A stretch of DNA of 18,789 bases from Moorena sp. SIO3B2. GTDB taxonomy: Bacteria; Cyanobacteriota; Cyanobacteriia; Cyanobacteriales; Coleofasciculaceae. Both the position numbers and the translations under genes were made by a program. Numbering within the stretch: the stretch's first letter is position 1; the number at the start of each line of letters is the position of its first letter. The DNA lies in assembly GCF_010692525.1 (NCBI RefSeq), contig NZ_JAAHHE010000120.1, forward strand, positions 1-18,789, written 5' to 3'. The notes under the pieces were generated by a model. The model was not told the DNA's origin. It saw only the letters and a program-made list of their open reading frames with translations, and ran no database searches. Positions 1 to 8,628 of this stretch are shown here, piece after piece.

Positions 1-19
1 AAACCCCCAAGACCGTAAT

Positions 20-63
20 GGTGCGCTTTCCGTTGGCGAATTAAATTCGCCACGGGTCGCACC
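20..63. repeat. Copy of the ggtgcg...cgcacc hairpin repeat family; contains the palindrome ggcgaattaaattcgcc
   Basis: Shares gaattaaattcgccacgggtcgcacc with the copy at 14353-14397. Both ends are ggtgcg/cgcacc inverted termini. Confidence 0.5.
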
Positions 64-561
64 TCTGCATCGCTTACAAAGGGTGTGAGACTTTTGTCAT
101 GTCCTAACTGCCCTGGCGACTGCTATAGCAATAGAGTGGCGGGCTGCTGCTTTCGATATCGATTTTGTAGGAGTATGGCTGGTCAGCTCACTCCTGATCA
201 AAAATACTCTTGGCTTTTATATGTTGCAGATGCTGATCTTCGAGTTGGTCTGGCTAGTTACGGGAGTCGTGCTATTATACACCAATCCGGCTCAGAGTTT
301 AGGGTAGTGGGCTTTCGGTTATCTTGATTCTTGAGGTTAGATTCGTTACCCTTGCACCGGTTACTGACTCTAACTAAACTGGAGAGCATAGTTGGCTTCG
401 CTGCACTAAAGCGCGATGATGATTGGCTTGATTGGTCTAGCTAATCGCATTTCAAGGATACTACTGTGGGCTGCCCTTGTCAGTGACCAGATTGCCCTGC
501 ACGATGATGGTGCCAACAAGGCGTGAGGTTTTTCCCGAGACTTGAGCAATTTTGCATCTAC

Positions 562-591
562 TTGATAGACTGGGGCATCCCATGAGATAAT
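562..591 (+). promoter_or_regulatory. Candidate sigma70-type promoter for rpmG-rpsR: TTGATA, 18-nt spacer, extended -10 TGaGATAAT
   Basis: ttgata at 562-567 and tgagataat at 583-591, about 45 nt upstream of the rpmG ATG. Pattern match only. Confidence 0.35.
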
Positions 592-638
592 AGTAAATTG
601 TGTTTAATTGTAATATTTGAGTTCTTAGAAAAAAAACT

Positions 639-833
639 ATGGCAAGTAAGAAAGGTGTCCGAATCGTTATTACTCTAGAATGTACTGAATGTCGCAGTTA
701 CTCCAATAAGCGCTCGGCTGGTGTTTCCCGCTATACCACTAGGAAGAATCGCCGTAACACATCATCACGTCTGGAACTGAAGAAATTTTGCACCCATTGC
801 AACAAGCACATGATTCACAAAGAAATCAAATAG
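639..833 (+). CDS. rpmG: 50S ribosomal protein L33
   Basis: 64 aa, [18 protein letters not shown]...[12 protein letters not shown]...[13 protein letters not shown]. Classic L33 zinc-ribbon sequence. Confidence 0.95.
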   Translation: MASKKGVRIVITLECTECRSYSNKRSAGVSRYTTRKNRRNTSSRLELKKFCTHCNKHMIHKEIK

Positions 834-882
834 ATTTGGTCCTTGGTCATTTGTGAATTGAATTTGTTAATTGAAAATGGAC

Positions 883-1240
883 TATTGACAAAGAACAAGC
901 AACAAAGAACAAGTATTCAGCTTATGTGCTACGCACACGCGTGCGCGTTCAGCGGTCAGCTATCAGCGGTCAGCTCAAGTAACTCAGCTTAAACCAATGC
1001 TTACCTGTTTTATTGTAAGCATTCAGTGGTCAGCCGTGAACATTGGCCTTTGAGTCACGCTACGCGAATGGCTCACTCTACTTCAGGTGCCGTCAGAATA
1101 AAAGAAACCTAAGCAGCTTAAGTAGCGTGCTAATAGCCCATAAGCTGATAGCTGATAGCTGATAGCTGAATACTTACCAAAGAACAAATGACTATAATCA
1201 GTAACCAGTAACCTAAATAACCAATCACCAATCACAACCA
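883..1240. repeat. Intergenic block of short tandem repeats (STRR-like heptamers and 11-12-mers) and small palindromes
   Basis: caaagaacaag x2; cagcggtcagct x2; agctgat x4 (1141-1170); cagtaac x2; caatcac x2; palindrome acgcacacgcgtgcgcgt (927-944); hairpin aatgcttac-N11-gtaagcatt (1000-1028). Confidence 0.8.
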
Positions 1241-1243
1241 ATC

Positions 1244-1459
1244 ATGACTTACTTTCGTAAACGTCTCTCTCCGATCAAACCCGATGAACCGATCGACTAT
1301 AAAGATGTTGAGTTGCTGCGCAAGTTTATCACTGAACGGGGAAAAATCCTACCCCGCCGCATTACTAATCTAACGACTCAACAACAACGAAAGCTAACCA
1401 CAGCCATTAAGCGAGCAAGGTTCTTGGCTTTGCTACCCTATATTAATAAAGAAGGTTAA
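1244..1459 (+). CDS. rpsR: 30S ribosomal protein S18
   Basis: 71 aa, [38 protein letters not shown]...[13 protein letters not shown]. Canonical S18. Confidence 0.95.
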   Translation: MTYFRKRLSPIKPDEPIDYKDVELLRKFITERGKILPRRITNLTTQQQRKLTTAIKRARFLALLPYINKEG

Positions 1460-1520
1460 GGTGAACAATCACGGTCTTCCTCTGGGATATTTCCCGTGTG
1501 AAGAATCAAATATCAAATAA

Positions 1521-1551
1521 GAAGGATGAAGGATGAAGTATGAAGGATGAA
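1521..1551. repeat. Heptamer tandem repeat gaaggat (about 4 units)
   Basis: gaaggatgaaggatgaagtatgaaggatga is read directly from the sequence. Confidence 0.8.
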
Positions 1552-1681
1552 ATGGGGTGATCGATGGCTGAGGCGCGCGATGCAGTGGCCTCACGGGGAA
1601 TTCCCCCACTCGCGCTCTGCATCAAGACATGGTTAACTAAAAACTTGCGACCCAACCAGGAGTTACACTGACCACTGACAA

Positions 1682-1713
1682 CTTCAGACTTCAGACTTCA
1701 GACTTTAGACTTG
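1682..1713. repeat. Heptamer tandem repeat cttcaga (about 4.5 units)
   Basis: cttcagacttcagacttcagactttagactt is read directly from the sequence. It lies just upstream of the exoribonuclease gene. Confidence 0.8.
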
Positions 1714-1802
1714 ACCCCGTCTGCCGAGTTGGGTATCTCAACAACACAGGATAGACTGGGGGGAGGTGGATTTGGTAAACGCTACCCGGGTTATCAGAAC
1801 TG

Positions 1803-3860
1803 GTGGAAAAGGGAACACTAATCGAATTTCGCTTACAAGGAGAACGCCATCTCGCTGTTGTCGATCGTCCAGAGGGCAAGAACCACTTGATTGCTTTGGA
1901 TCAACGGGGGAAACTGCACAAGCTCCATCCTCGACAAGTCACCTACACAGTGGCAGATTCTACTTATGAGCCATCACAAATACCAGAGTTTATTGCTCGA
2001 GTACAACCCTATCTAGACCCAGATAGCTTAGAATTAGCTTGGGAATTACTGGTGGAAGAAGGAGAGGCGGTTACCTGTGCTGACATGGCACAGTTATTAT
2101 TTTCTGAGCAAAGTCCACCCCAGTGCTATGCGGCACACTGTATTCTGTTTGAAGACAAAATCTATTTTAAACAAAAAGCACAAACCTATGAACCCCGCTC
2201 CGCTAGCATGGTGGCTGAAATCAAGCATCAACTGGCAGCGGCTCAATCAAAGCACCAGGAACAAGAAGAATTTTTGAAGCGAGTACAGCAAAAGTTAGGG
2301 GGTGAGCAAGTAGAGTGGGTTGATAGCGATCGCACTCGCTTTGATGCTCTAGAACGGTTCGTTAGTGAACCAGATAAACCATCTCGTGCAGTTCAGGAAA
2401 CTCTGGAAGCACTAAAACGCCCTCAAAACCCAGAAAATGCCTTCGATTTATTGATAAATTTGGGTTTGTGGCGTCCTCACCAGAAGTACTTGCTGCGTCA
2501 TAAAATCCCAACTCAATTTCGTCGTGAGGTACTCGAATTGACCCAGCAATACCTGGCAAATCCTCCTACTGACCCAGATTCAGATCGCTTGGATTTAACT
2601 CATCTGAAACTCTACACCATAGATGATGAAAGTACCCAAGAAATAGATGATGGTTTGAGTATAGAAGATCTAGAGGATGGCACTCAGCGTCTGTGGATTC
2701 ACATCGCTGACCCAACCCGCTTGGTAATGCCAGGGGATAATCTTGACCTAGAAGCACGACGGCGTAGTACCACCATATATCTACCCACGGGCATGATTCC
2801 CATGTTCCCATCGGAACTGGCAACTGGTCCAATGAGTTTGGTTCAAGGTCAAGTCTGTGGCGCACTCAGTTTTGGCGTGATCTTGGATCAAGATGGTGCC
2901 ATCTATGACTATCAGATTCACCCCAGCCTGATTAAACCCACCTATCGCCTGACTTATGAAGATGTAGATGAAATGTTGCAGTTAGGGGTACAGGCAGAAA
3001 CAGAACTGTTTGCGATCGCTAACTTGGCTGTGCGTCGGCAAAAGTGGCGCAAGTCTCAGGGGGCGATTAGCATCCATATGCCAGAGTCGGTAATCAAGGT
3101 GGGAAATGATGACCAAATTACCATTGAGGTGTTAGAAGATTCACCATCACGGCAAATGGTGGCAGAAATGATGATTCTGGCAGGTGAAGTGGCTGGACGC
3201 TATGGTCAAGCGCACCAAATTCCACTACCATTCCGAGGACAACCCCAGCCAGAACTTCCATCCCAAGAAGAACTGCTGCTATTGCCAGCCGGTCCAGTGC
3301 GGTTCTGTGCCATGCGTCGGTGTATGCCTAGAAGCGAAATGAGCATTACCCCAACACGCCACGCTAGTTTGGCTTTGGAAACTTACACCCAGGTAACCTC
3401 TCCGATCCGCCGCTACACTGACTTAATGACTCATTTCCAGCTGAAAGCTCATCTACGGGGTGACCCCCTACCCTTTGAAGCTGAAGATTTGCTCGAAACG
3501 ATGCAGAGTGTAACCAGAACAGCTAAGGATGCTAGTGAAGTAGAACGTGATACCAACAAATATTGGGGATTGGAATATTTGCGGCGTAACCCGAATCAGG
3601 TTTGGCAAGTATTAGTACTCAGTTGGTGGCGAGAAAACGAGAATAAGGGCAACATTCTCCTAGAAGAGTTAGGTCTAGAATTGCCCATGCGTTTCCAGCG
3701 TTCGGTTCAATTAGGCGATCGCTTACACGTCAAAGTCAGTCATGCTGATCCCCGTAAAGAAGTTATTCATTTTCAAGAACTAGCGAACTCAGAGGCTCAG
3801 CTTCCTTTTAACTCAAAGCTAGAAGATGGCTCAGCTTCTGCTGTGAACAGATTCGCGTAA
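1803..3860 (+). CDS. rnb: RNB-family 3'-5' exoribonuclease (RNase II / RNase R-like), GTG start
   Basis: 685 aa. RNB catalytic-region motif YTIDDESTQEIDDGLSIE. A 2-kb uninterrupted ORF. Position downstream of rpmG-rpsR is typical in cyanobacteria. The track 'M' at 1803 is a GTG codon. Confidence 0.85.
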   Translation: MEKGTLIEFRLQGERHLAVVDRPEGKNHLIALDQRGKLHKLHPRQVTYTVADSTYEPSQIPEFIARVQPYLDPDSLELAWELLVEEGEAVTCADMAQLLFSEQSPPQCYAAHCILFEDKIYFKQKAQTYEPRSASMVAEIKHQLAAAQSKHQEQEEFLKRVQQKLGGEQVEWVDSDRTRFDALERFVSEPDKPSRAVQETLEALKRPQNPENAFDLLINLGLWRPHQKYLLRHKIPTQFRREVLELTQQYLANPPTDPDSDRLDLTHLKLYTIDDESTQEIDDGLSIEDLEDGTQRLWIHIADPTRLVMPGDNLDLEARRRSTTIYLPTGMIPMFPSELATGPMSLVQGQVCGALSFGVILDQDGAIYDYQIHPSLIKPTYRLTYEDVDEMLQLGVQAETELFAIANLAVRRQKWRKSQGAISIHMPESVIKVGNDDQITIEVLEDSPSRQMVAEMMILAGEVAGRYGQAHQIPLPFRGQPQPELPSQEELLLLPAGPVRFCAMRRCMPRSEMSITPTRHASLALETYTQVTSPIRRYTDLMTHFQLKAHLRGDPLPFEAEDLLETMQSVTRTAKDASEVERDTNKYWGLEYLRRNPNQVWQVLVLSWWRENENKGNILLEELGLELPMRFQRSVQLGDRLHVKVSHADPRKEVIHFQELANSEAQLPFNSKLEDGSASAVNRFA

Positions 3861-4022
3861 ATCTCTGTCCTTTTATAAAAATCCCCCAAAGCCGAAAACC
3901 CCGTGTCTAATGACCGGGGATGAAGGCTCACAGCGGCTTGACGCGCCTAGAAAAATATTTCAGGAAAATCCGGAATTTTAGTCTGGATGTTGTAAAATAA
4001 GGGAGTGAACAGTTTAGGTCCC

Positions 4023-4118
4023 AGACGAAACCTTAGAATAGGGTCGCCTTTATGGTTTGTCGGCTATGGAAAAAGGGTTAAAACTGTTGTTATAAGGCGA
4101 CCCTATTCTTACGGTAAC
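4023..4118. repeat. ~96-bp palindromic hairpin element (PATE/MITE-like), copy A. It has a perfect 14-bp stem agaatagggtcgcc/ggcgaccctattct around a ~47-nt loop
   Basis: The loop is near-identical to copy B at 4906-5003. It lies 13 nt upstream of the tnpB ATG. Confidence 0.8.
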
Positions 4119-4130
4119 TTTAAGAAGCTG

Positions 4131-5477
4131 ATGATCATTTTAGAGTTCAAGGCGAAAGGAAAAAAACATCAATACTCTGGGATCAACGAGGCTATCCGGA
4201 CAGTCCAGTTCATCCGTAATAGCTGCCTCAGGTATTGGATGGAAAATAAAGGGGTCAACAAATTTGACCTTAATAAGTACAGTGCAGTCCTTGCTAAAAA
4301 CTTTCCTTTTGCTAATGAATTAAACTCTACTGCTCGTCAGTCTAGTGCTGAAAGAGCATGGTCATCAATTGTTCGATTCTTTGATAACTGCAAGAAAAAA
4401 GTACCTGGAAAGAAAGGTTTTCCTAAGTTCCAGAAAAACTGCCGCTCAGTGGAGTATAAACAGTCTGGATGGAAGTTATCCCCTGACAAGAAGTCAATCA
4501 CCTTTAGTGATAAAAAGGGTATTGGGAAGCTTAAGCTTAAAGGTACATGGGACTTGTGGCGCTTGGATAAAAAGGAAATAAAGCGAGTCCGTATAGTTCG
4601 CCGGGCTGATGGTTATTATGTCCAGTTTTGTGTTTCAGTTGATATCAAAGAGGAACTAGAGCCAAGTGGGACAGCTATCGGCTTGGATGTTGGACTAAAA
4701 TATTTTTACACTGATTCCGCTGGAAAAACTGAACCAAATCCCTGCTTTTACAGAACGGTAGAAAAACGCCTTAAGTTCTACCAGCGTCGAGTTTCTCGCA
4801 AGAAGAAAGGCTCATCCAATCGAAATAAAGCAGTTAATAGACTAGGCAGACAGCACCTTAAGATAAGTAGGCAACGTGAAGAGAACGCCAAGAGACTGGG
4901 AACGAAGTTACCGTAAGAATAAAGAAGCCTTTATGGTTAGTCGGCTATGCATAAAAGGGTTAAATCTTTGTTATTAAGGCTTCTTTATTCTAAGGTTTCG
5001 TCTCCGGCGCGCTGCGTAATCTGTTCTAACGATCTGGTCGCCTAGGTCGACTTAAGAGCCAAGAACCTAGTAAAAAATCACTGCCTCGCTAAGTCTATTA
5101 ATGATGCAGGTTGGTATCAGTTTAGGAAATGGATGGAGCACTTTGGCACCAAGTTCGGAAAGGTAACAGTTGCAGTAAATCCTGCATATACCAGCCAAAA
5201 CTGTTCCAATTGTGGCGAAGAAGTTAAAAAGTCCCTATCAACTAGGACTCATACGTGCAAGTGTGGTTGTCAGTTAGATAGAGACCACAACGCCGCAATA
5301 AACATCCTTAAGAAAGCCTTGGGTACGGTGGGGCACACCGGAACCTGGATCTTAAAAGATCTAAACGCTTCAGGAGAATCGGCCTCTACTGTTCTTGGTT
5401 CCGGCCAGGTTCAGCAAGCTGGCTCGTTGAATGAAGAATCCCCGCGTATGCGCGACCGGGGAGTGTCAAAAAACTAG
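4131..5477 (+). pseudogene. tnpB: tnpB (IS200/IS605 OrfB, RuvC-like nuclease), disrupted
   Basis: N-part MIILEFKAKGKKHQYSGINEAIRTVQFIRNSCLRYWMEN...AIGLDVGLKYFYTDSAG (RuvC-I). C-part FGTKFGKVTVAVNPAYTSQNCSNCGE...CKCGCQLDRDHNAAINI (Zn finger plus RuvC-III). The reading frame is broken by the 96-nt hairpin insert (stop at 4914) and by an in-frame TAG at 5043. Confidence 0.85.
4906..5003. repeat. ~96-bp palindromic hairpin element, copy B, inserted inside tnpB. It has a perfect 14-bp stem agaataaagaagcc/ggcttctttattct
   Basis: Insert between codons KLP (4911) and ARCVI (5007). Its length is a multiple of 3 but it carries a stop. The loop is co-linear with copy A. Confidence 0.8.
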
Positions 5478-5490
5478 AAAGCTTGCTTTG

Positions 5491-7065
5491 ATGTCTCGAC
5501 ATAAGTACAAGAGATTAAAACACCAAATCATCCGGGTACCGAGCCGTTGGTACTTCTGCCTATCTTTGGCTATTACCATCCTGCTGGGATGGCTTGGTGT
5601 AGCAGTAGCACAAGATAGTAACACGAATAATTTCACTAACCTGTCTACTATCTGGTTGTTAGTTTCATCTTTTCTAGTCTTTTTTATGAATGCTGGCTTT
5701 GCCATGTTAGAAGCCGGGTTATGTAGACGGAGAAATGCGACTAATGTCTTGGCTAAAAATTTGATAGTTTTCTGTATATCAGCCTTAGCCTTTTGGCTAG
5801 TTGGCTTTGGCTTAATGTTTGGTGATGGCATCACTTACAGTTGTGTTCCAGGAGAAAATAATAGTTTAAGTTTAGTGGGTCAAAAGGGGTTGTTTTTTAA
5901 TCTTCCCTTTCCCCAATTTGGAAATCTTGGTTTTCCAGAATCAGGATTTAATTGTCTCAATCAAGATTGGTCTAATCGCTCCTTTGCGGCTCTATTTTTA
6001 TTTCAGTTAGTCTTTGCTGGAACTGCAGCCACTATTGTTTCAGGAGCTGTTGCTGAACGGGTAAAATTCTGGGCATTTCTCCTATTTAGTTTTTTCCTGG
6101 TTGGTTTTATCTATCCCGTAACCGGTCACTGGGTTTGGGGACACTATGGTTGGCTAGCCAAGGCGCTAAAATTTCATGATTTTGCGGGTTCAACTGTAGT
6201 CCATAGTGTTGGTGGTATGGCTGGCTTGGTAGGGGCTTGGCTACTAAAGCCACGACAAGGTCGTTTTGGCTACAATTTAAGAACAGATAGATATGAAGGT
6301 CTCGAAACTGAAAAGTTCTCTGCCGATAATCTGGGTTTAGCCACCTTAGGCTGCTTAATTCTTTGGCTGGGCTGGTTTGGTTTTAATGGTGGCTCAGCAA
6401 AGGATCTCGATTATGTAGCTAATACCATCACAACTACCATGATGGCAGCAGCAGCTGGTGGAATATCCAGCGTATTTTTTAGTCCAATTATCCTGGGAAA
6501 ACCCAGTCTAGCCTCAATTATCAATGGCATTTTAGGTGGGTTGGTGGGAATTACAGCCTCAGCTGCTTTTGTAGATATCAAAAGTGCATTTATAATTGGC
6601 TCTATCAGCGGTATTTTTGTCCTTTTAGGCGAATATTTTCTACAAGTTTGGAAAATTGACGACCCCGTAGGTTCGATTCCTGTTCACCTTTTCTGTGGAT
6701 TTTGGGGAACGATTGCCTTAGGAATCTTTAGTAGCAATAGTTCTCTGTTGTACTCGGAACTTGATGTATATGACGATCCATTATTACAAGTGTTGTGTCA
6801 GTTCTTAGGCTGGCTGATTATTATCATTGTAACAGCTCTATTGAGTTTATTAGGTTGGCTATTAGTTAGCCTAATTTTATATTATGCAAGCCATATCAAT
6901 GAGCGGATTAGCGGCAAACAACGCCATAGGAAACAATTACGTCAAACCCAATATTTTCAATTGGGAGAATTTATCTTAACTATTTTTGAAATTGCTCGTC
7001 GAGGAATTAGGGTATCTTTGGAAGAAGAAATCAGTGGTAGCGATGGAGTTTTTTATAATCCTTAG
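5491..7065 (+). CDS. amt: Ammonium transporter (Amt/MEP family)
   Basis: FFMNAGFAMLEAG, the signature GWFGFNGGS, VHLFCGFWGTIALGIF, about 11 TM segments and an N-terminal signal-like region. Start set at the ATG at 5491. The track ORF began at an upstream alternative codon, 5431. Confidence 0.9.
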   Translation: MSRHKYKRLKHQIIRVPSRWYFCLSLAITILLGWLGVAVAQDSNTNNFTNLSTIWLLVSSFLVFFMNAGFAMLEAGLCRRRNATNVLAKNLIVFCISALAFWLVGFGLMFGDGITYSCVPGENNSLSLVGQKGLFFNLPFPQFGNLGFPESGFNCLNQDWSNRSFAALFLFQLVFAGTAATIVSGAVAERVKFWAFLLFSFFLVGFIYPVTGHWVWGHYGWLAKALKFHDFAGSTVVHSVGGMAGLVGAWLLKPRQGRFGYNLRTDRYEGLETEKFSADNLGLATLGCLILWLGWFGFNGGSAKDLDYVANTITTTMMAAAAGGISSVFFSPIILGKPSLASIINGILGGLVGITASAAFVDIKSAFIIGSISGIFVLLGEYFLQVWKIDDPVGSIPVHLFCGFWGTIALGIFSSNSSLLYSELDVYDDPLLQVLCQFLGWLIIIIVTALLSLLGWLLVSLILYYASHINERISGKQRHRKQLRQTQYFQLGEFILTIFEIARRGIRVSLEEEISGSDGVFYNP

Positions 7066-7149
7066 AAGAATCTGGCTTATCAGTAAATAGCTAAGTCTTT
7101 AAAAGTAGGCAATAAAATAAATTTTTATTGACTAAAACCAGTCTATTAA

Positions 7150-7290
7150 GTTAGATTAATTAGTTAAATTAATTAGTTATTTAGTTAACTGTTTGCTAAA
7201 AATCCATGCATGAATTTCCTATTCCCTGTTCCCTGTTGCCACAACTACTGATTTAACAATTTAATTTAACAATTTAACAATTTAACAATT
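7150..7290. repeat. AT-rich tandem repeats: ttaattagtta-type units, ttccctg x2, and caatttaa x4-5
   Basis: Read directly from the sequence in the convergent intergenic region between amt and the 7293-8486 gene. Confidence 0.75.
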
Positions 7291-7292
7291 GA

Positions 7293-8486
7293 TTACCCCA
7301 AATATTTAGCAGCTGGACAATCTAATTTTATTAGATAGTTTCTCAACCAATTAGCATAATTCTCATTATTCCTATCCCATCGACGGAAAAAACGTGGAAG
7401 AGATTTTTGTTTAAACTGGTAGTAACGCTCTGATACTTGACAAAGATTTATAGTAGCTTGCTTGAATTCACCTTGACTAGCGAGCTCTTCTATAGCATAG
7501 GAAAACTGCAATTGATCTAACATTGACTGACATAGCTTGGGAAAAGCACTATTTTGACTCTTTATCTTTCTAAGTTGCTCTATTTGTTCTTTTCTGGTAG
7601 TAAATTGGCGTCTGCATATGTCCTCAGAAGCAAGGTTTTTTAGTTGATCGTCTGCTCTTCTAGCACTAGTACACTGAAATACACCAAAGGTAATGACTAG
7701 AAACAAGGCGATCAAGCCACCCCAAAAACTAATGGGTGATGGGATTCTGCTAGCTGATGAGGTAGCCAAGGTTGTGGCTTGGTCTGGCTCTAAAGGTACT
7801 ACAGTTGATTGGTTGGGCTCGTCAGTTGTTAGATCTGGGTGTTTGGGTTCATCAGTTGTCAGCTCTGAGTGTTTAGGCTGGTCAGTTGTGAGATCTTGGT
7901 CTTGAGTAACTGGGGTGATTGGTAGGTTAGGAAAAACCATGGCGATGGCTTGATCAGTAGCATCTGTCGTCAGCTCAGATGCCAACCAATAGTCTGTACT
8001 GGTCAACTGTGCTAACTCTTGAGCTACCCAGCTGTGATTAAAAACAACCTCATAAATACGGTTAGAAACTTTTAAATTTCCCCCCTGGTTAATCACCACA
8101 CCGGAGTTGAGCAACACTTTTTGTTCCCAACTGTCATTTGCCATCATGACTCCCTGCAAAATTTTCTGATATAGCCGCAGGAATTGTTCTTCGAGCAAGA
8201 AACTACGAATATCTTGCAGAAGTTCAGCGGCTTCCTGAGTTTCCCAATTTTCAACGAAGTGAGTTTTGACTAGTTCTTCGACTTTGAGAGCTTCCTCACC
8301 AACAGGGATGGGAGATTTAGAGTCAAGGATAACTTGACAAAGCTTCTGGGTCAAAAAAGGCTGAGAGCCAGTCCATGCCAGTACCTCGTCTAAGACAACA
8401 TCAGGGTTACTCAGATGCTCAGCCAATGCGAGTTTGAATGGTTCGAGGATTTTAGCCACCTCAGGTTTATCCTGCTTAGAGGTCAT
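7293..8486 (-). CDS. Hypothetical membrane protein: N-terminal ~190-aa soluble domain, T/D/E/P-rich tandem repeats, one TM helix, and a C-terminal ~130-aa domain
   Basis: 397-aa ORF. TM segment ISFWGGLIALFLVITFGVF. Repeats DLTTDQPKHSELTTDEPKHPDLTTDEP are encoded by three ~30-nt DNA repeats at 7815-7907. No family is confidently recognised. Confidence 0.6.
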   Translation of the reverse strand: MTSKQDKPEVAKILEPFKLALAEHLSNPDVVLDEVLAWTGSQPFLTQKLCQVILDSKSPIPVGEEALKVEELVKTHFVENWETQEAAELLQDIRSFLLEEQFLRLYQKILQGVMMANDSWEQKVLLNSGVVINQGGNLKVSNRIYEVVFNHSWVAQELAQLTSTDYWLASELTTDATDQAIAMVFPNLPITPVTQDQDLTTDQPKHSELTTDEPKHPDLTTDEPNQSTVVPLEPDQATTLATSSASRIPSPISFWGGLIALFLVITFGVFQCTSARRADDQLKNLASEDICRRQFTTRKEQIEQLRKIKSQNSAFPKLCQSMLDQLQFSYAIEELASQGEFKQATINLCQVSERYYQFKQKSLPRFFRRWDRNNENYANWLRNYLIKLDCPAAKYLG

Positions 8487-8628
8487 TTCATTCCTTGTGT
8501 ATTCCAGACTATTTTTCCTTCAAACATATTTTGTGATAGTCTTGAATTTTCGATCAAGATTAACAAGGAATTTCTATGATCTACAAGCCAGGTTATGGGT
8601 AAGATATGGGGTGTAAACTACATGTCCA

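Larger units (their letters stand above)
3885..5470 (+). mobile_element. Degenerate IS200/IS605-family (IS1341-like, tnpB-only) element. Proposed left hairpin ccccg-N11-cgggg at 3899-3919 and right hairpin ccccg-N12-cggggagtgtcaa at 5440-5470
   Basis: A TnpB ORF with similar ccccg...cgggg hairpins on both sides and no tnpA. Boundaries are approximate and inferred only from the hairpins. Confidence 0.45.

Noticed and set aside
85-327. 80-aa ORF (GTG start) at the window start, Cys-rich N-terminus
   Set aside because: Random-looking composition and no SD. It overlaps the hairpin repeat at 20-63. The internal ATG at 175 has an AGGAG directly abutting it, which is too close. Probably non-coding.
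327-638. Possible tRNA or ncRNA upstream of rpmG (ggagagcatagttggc resembles a D-loop)
   Set aside because: I could not fold a cloverleaf and there is no T-loop GTTCGAATC-like box. Treated as ordinary 5' leader/promoter DNA.
1691-2865. Small ORFs 1691-1879(-), 1766-1969(+), 2077-2277(+), 2362-2559(-), 2566-2865(-)
   Set aside because: They lie inside or overlap the well-supported RNB exoribonuclease gene on other frames. Spurious.
3895-3930. ccccg-N11-cgggg hairpin read as a rho-independent terminator of the exoribonuclease gene
   Set aside because: No U-tract follows. The same motif marks both tnpB-associated hairpins, so an IS left-end hairpin is more consistent. It could also do both.
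4005-4130. N-terminal extension of the tnpB ORF (MNSLGPRRNLRIGSPLWFVGYGKRVKTVVIRRPYSYGNFKKL)
   Set aside because: It is a translation of hairpin element copy A. TnpB homology begins at MIILEFKAKG (ATG 4131).
4345-4581. 78-aa ORF inside tnpB
   Set aside because: Alternative frame of the tnpB coding region.
5431-5490. Upstream extension of the amt ORF (MKNPRVCATGECQKTRKLAL)
   Set aside because: It overlaps the tnpB 3' end and right-end hairpin. An ATG at 5491 gives a typical Amt signal-peptide N-terminus.
5466-5834. 122-aa minus-strand ORF
   Set aside because: Antisense to the strongly supported amt gene.
7693-7905. 70-aa plus-strand ORF
   Set aside because: Antisense of the repeat region of the 7293-8486 gene. 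It is a repeat-driven artefact.
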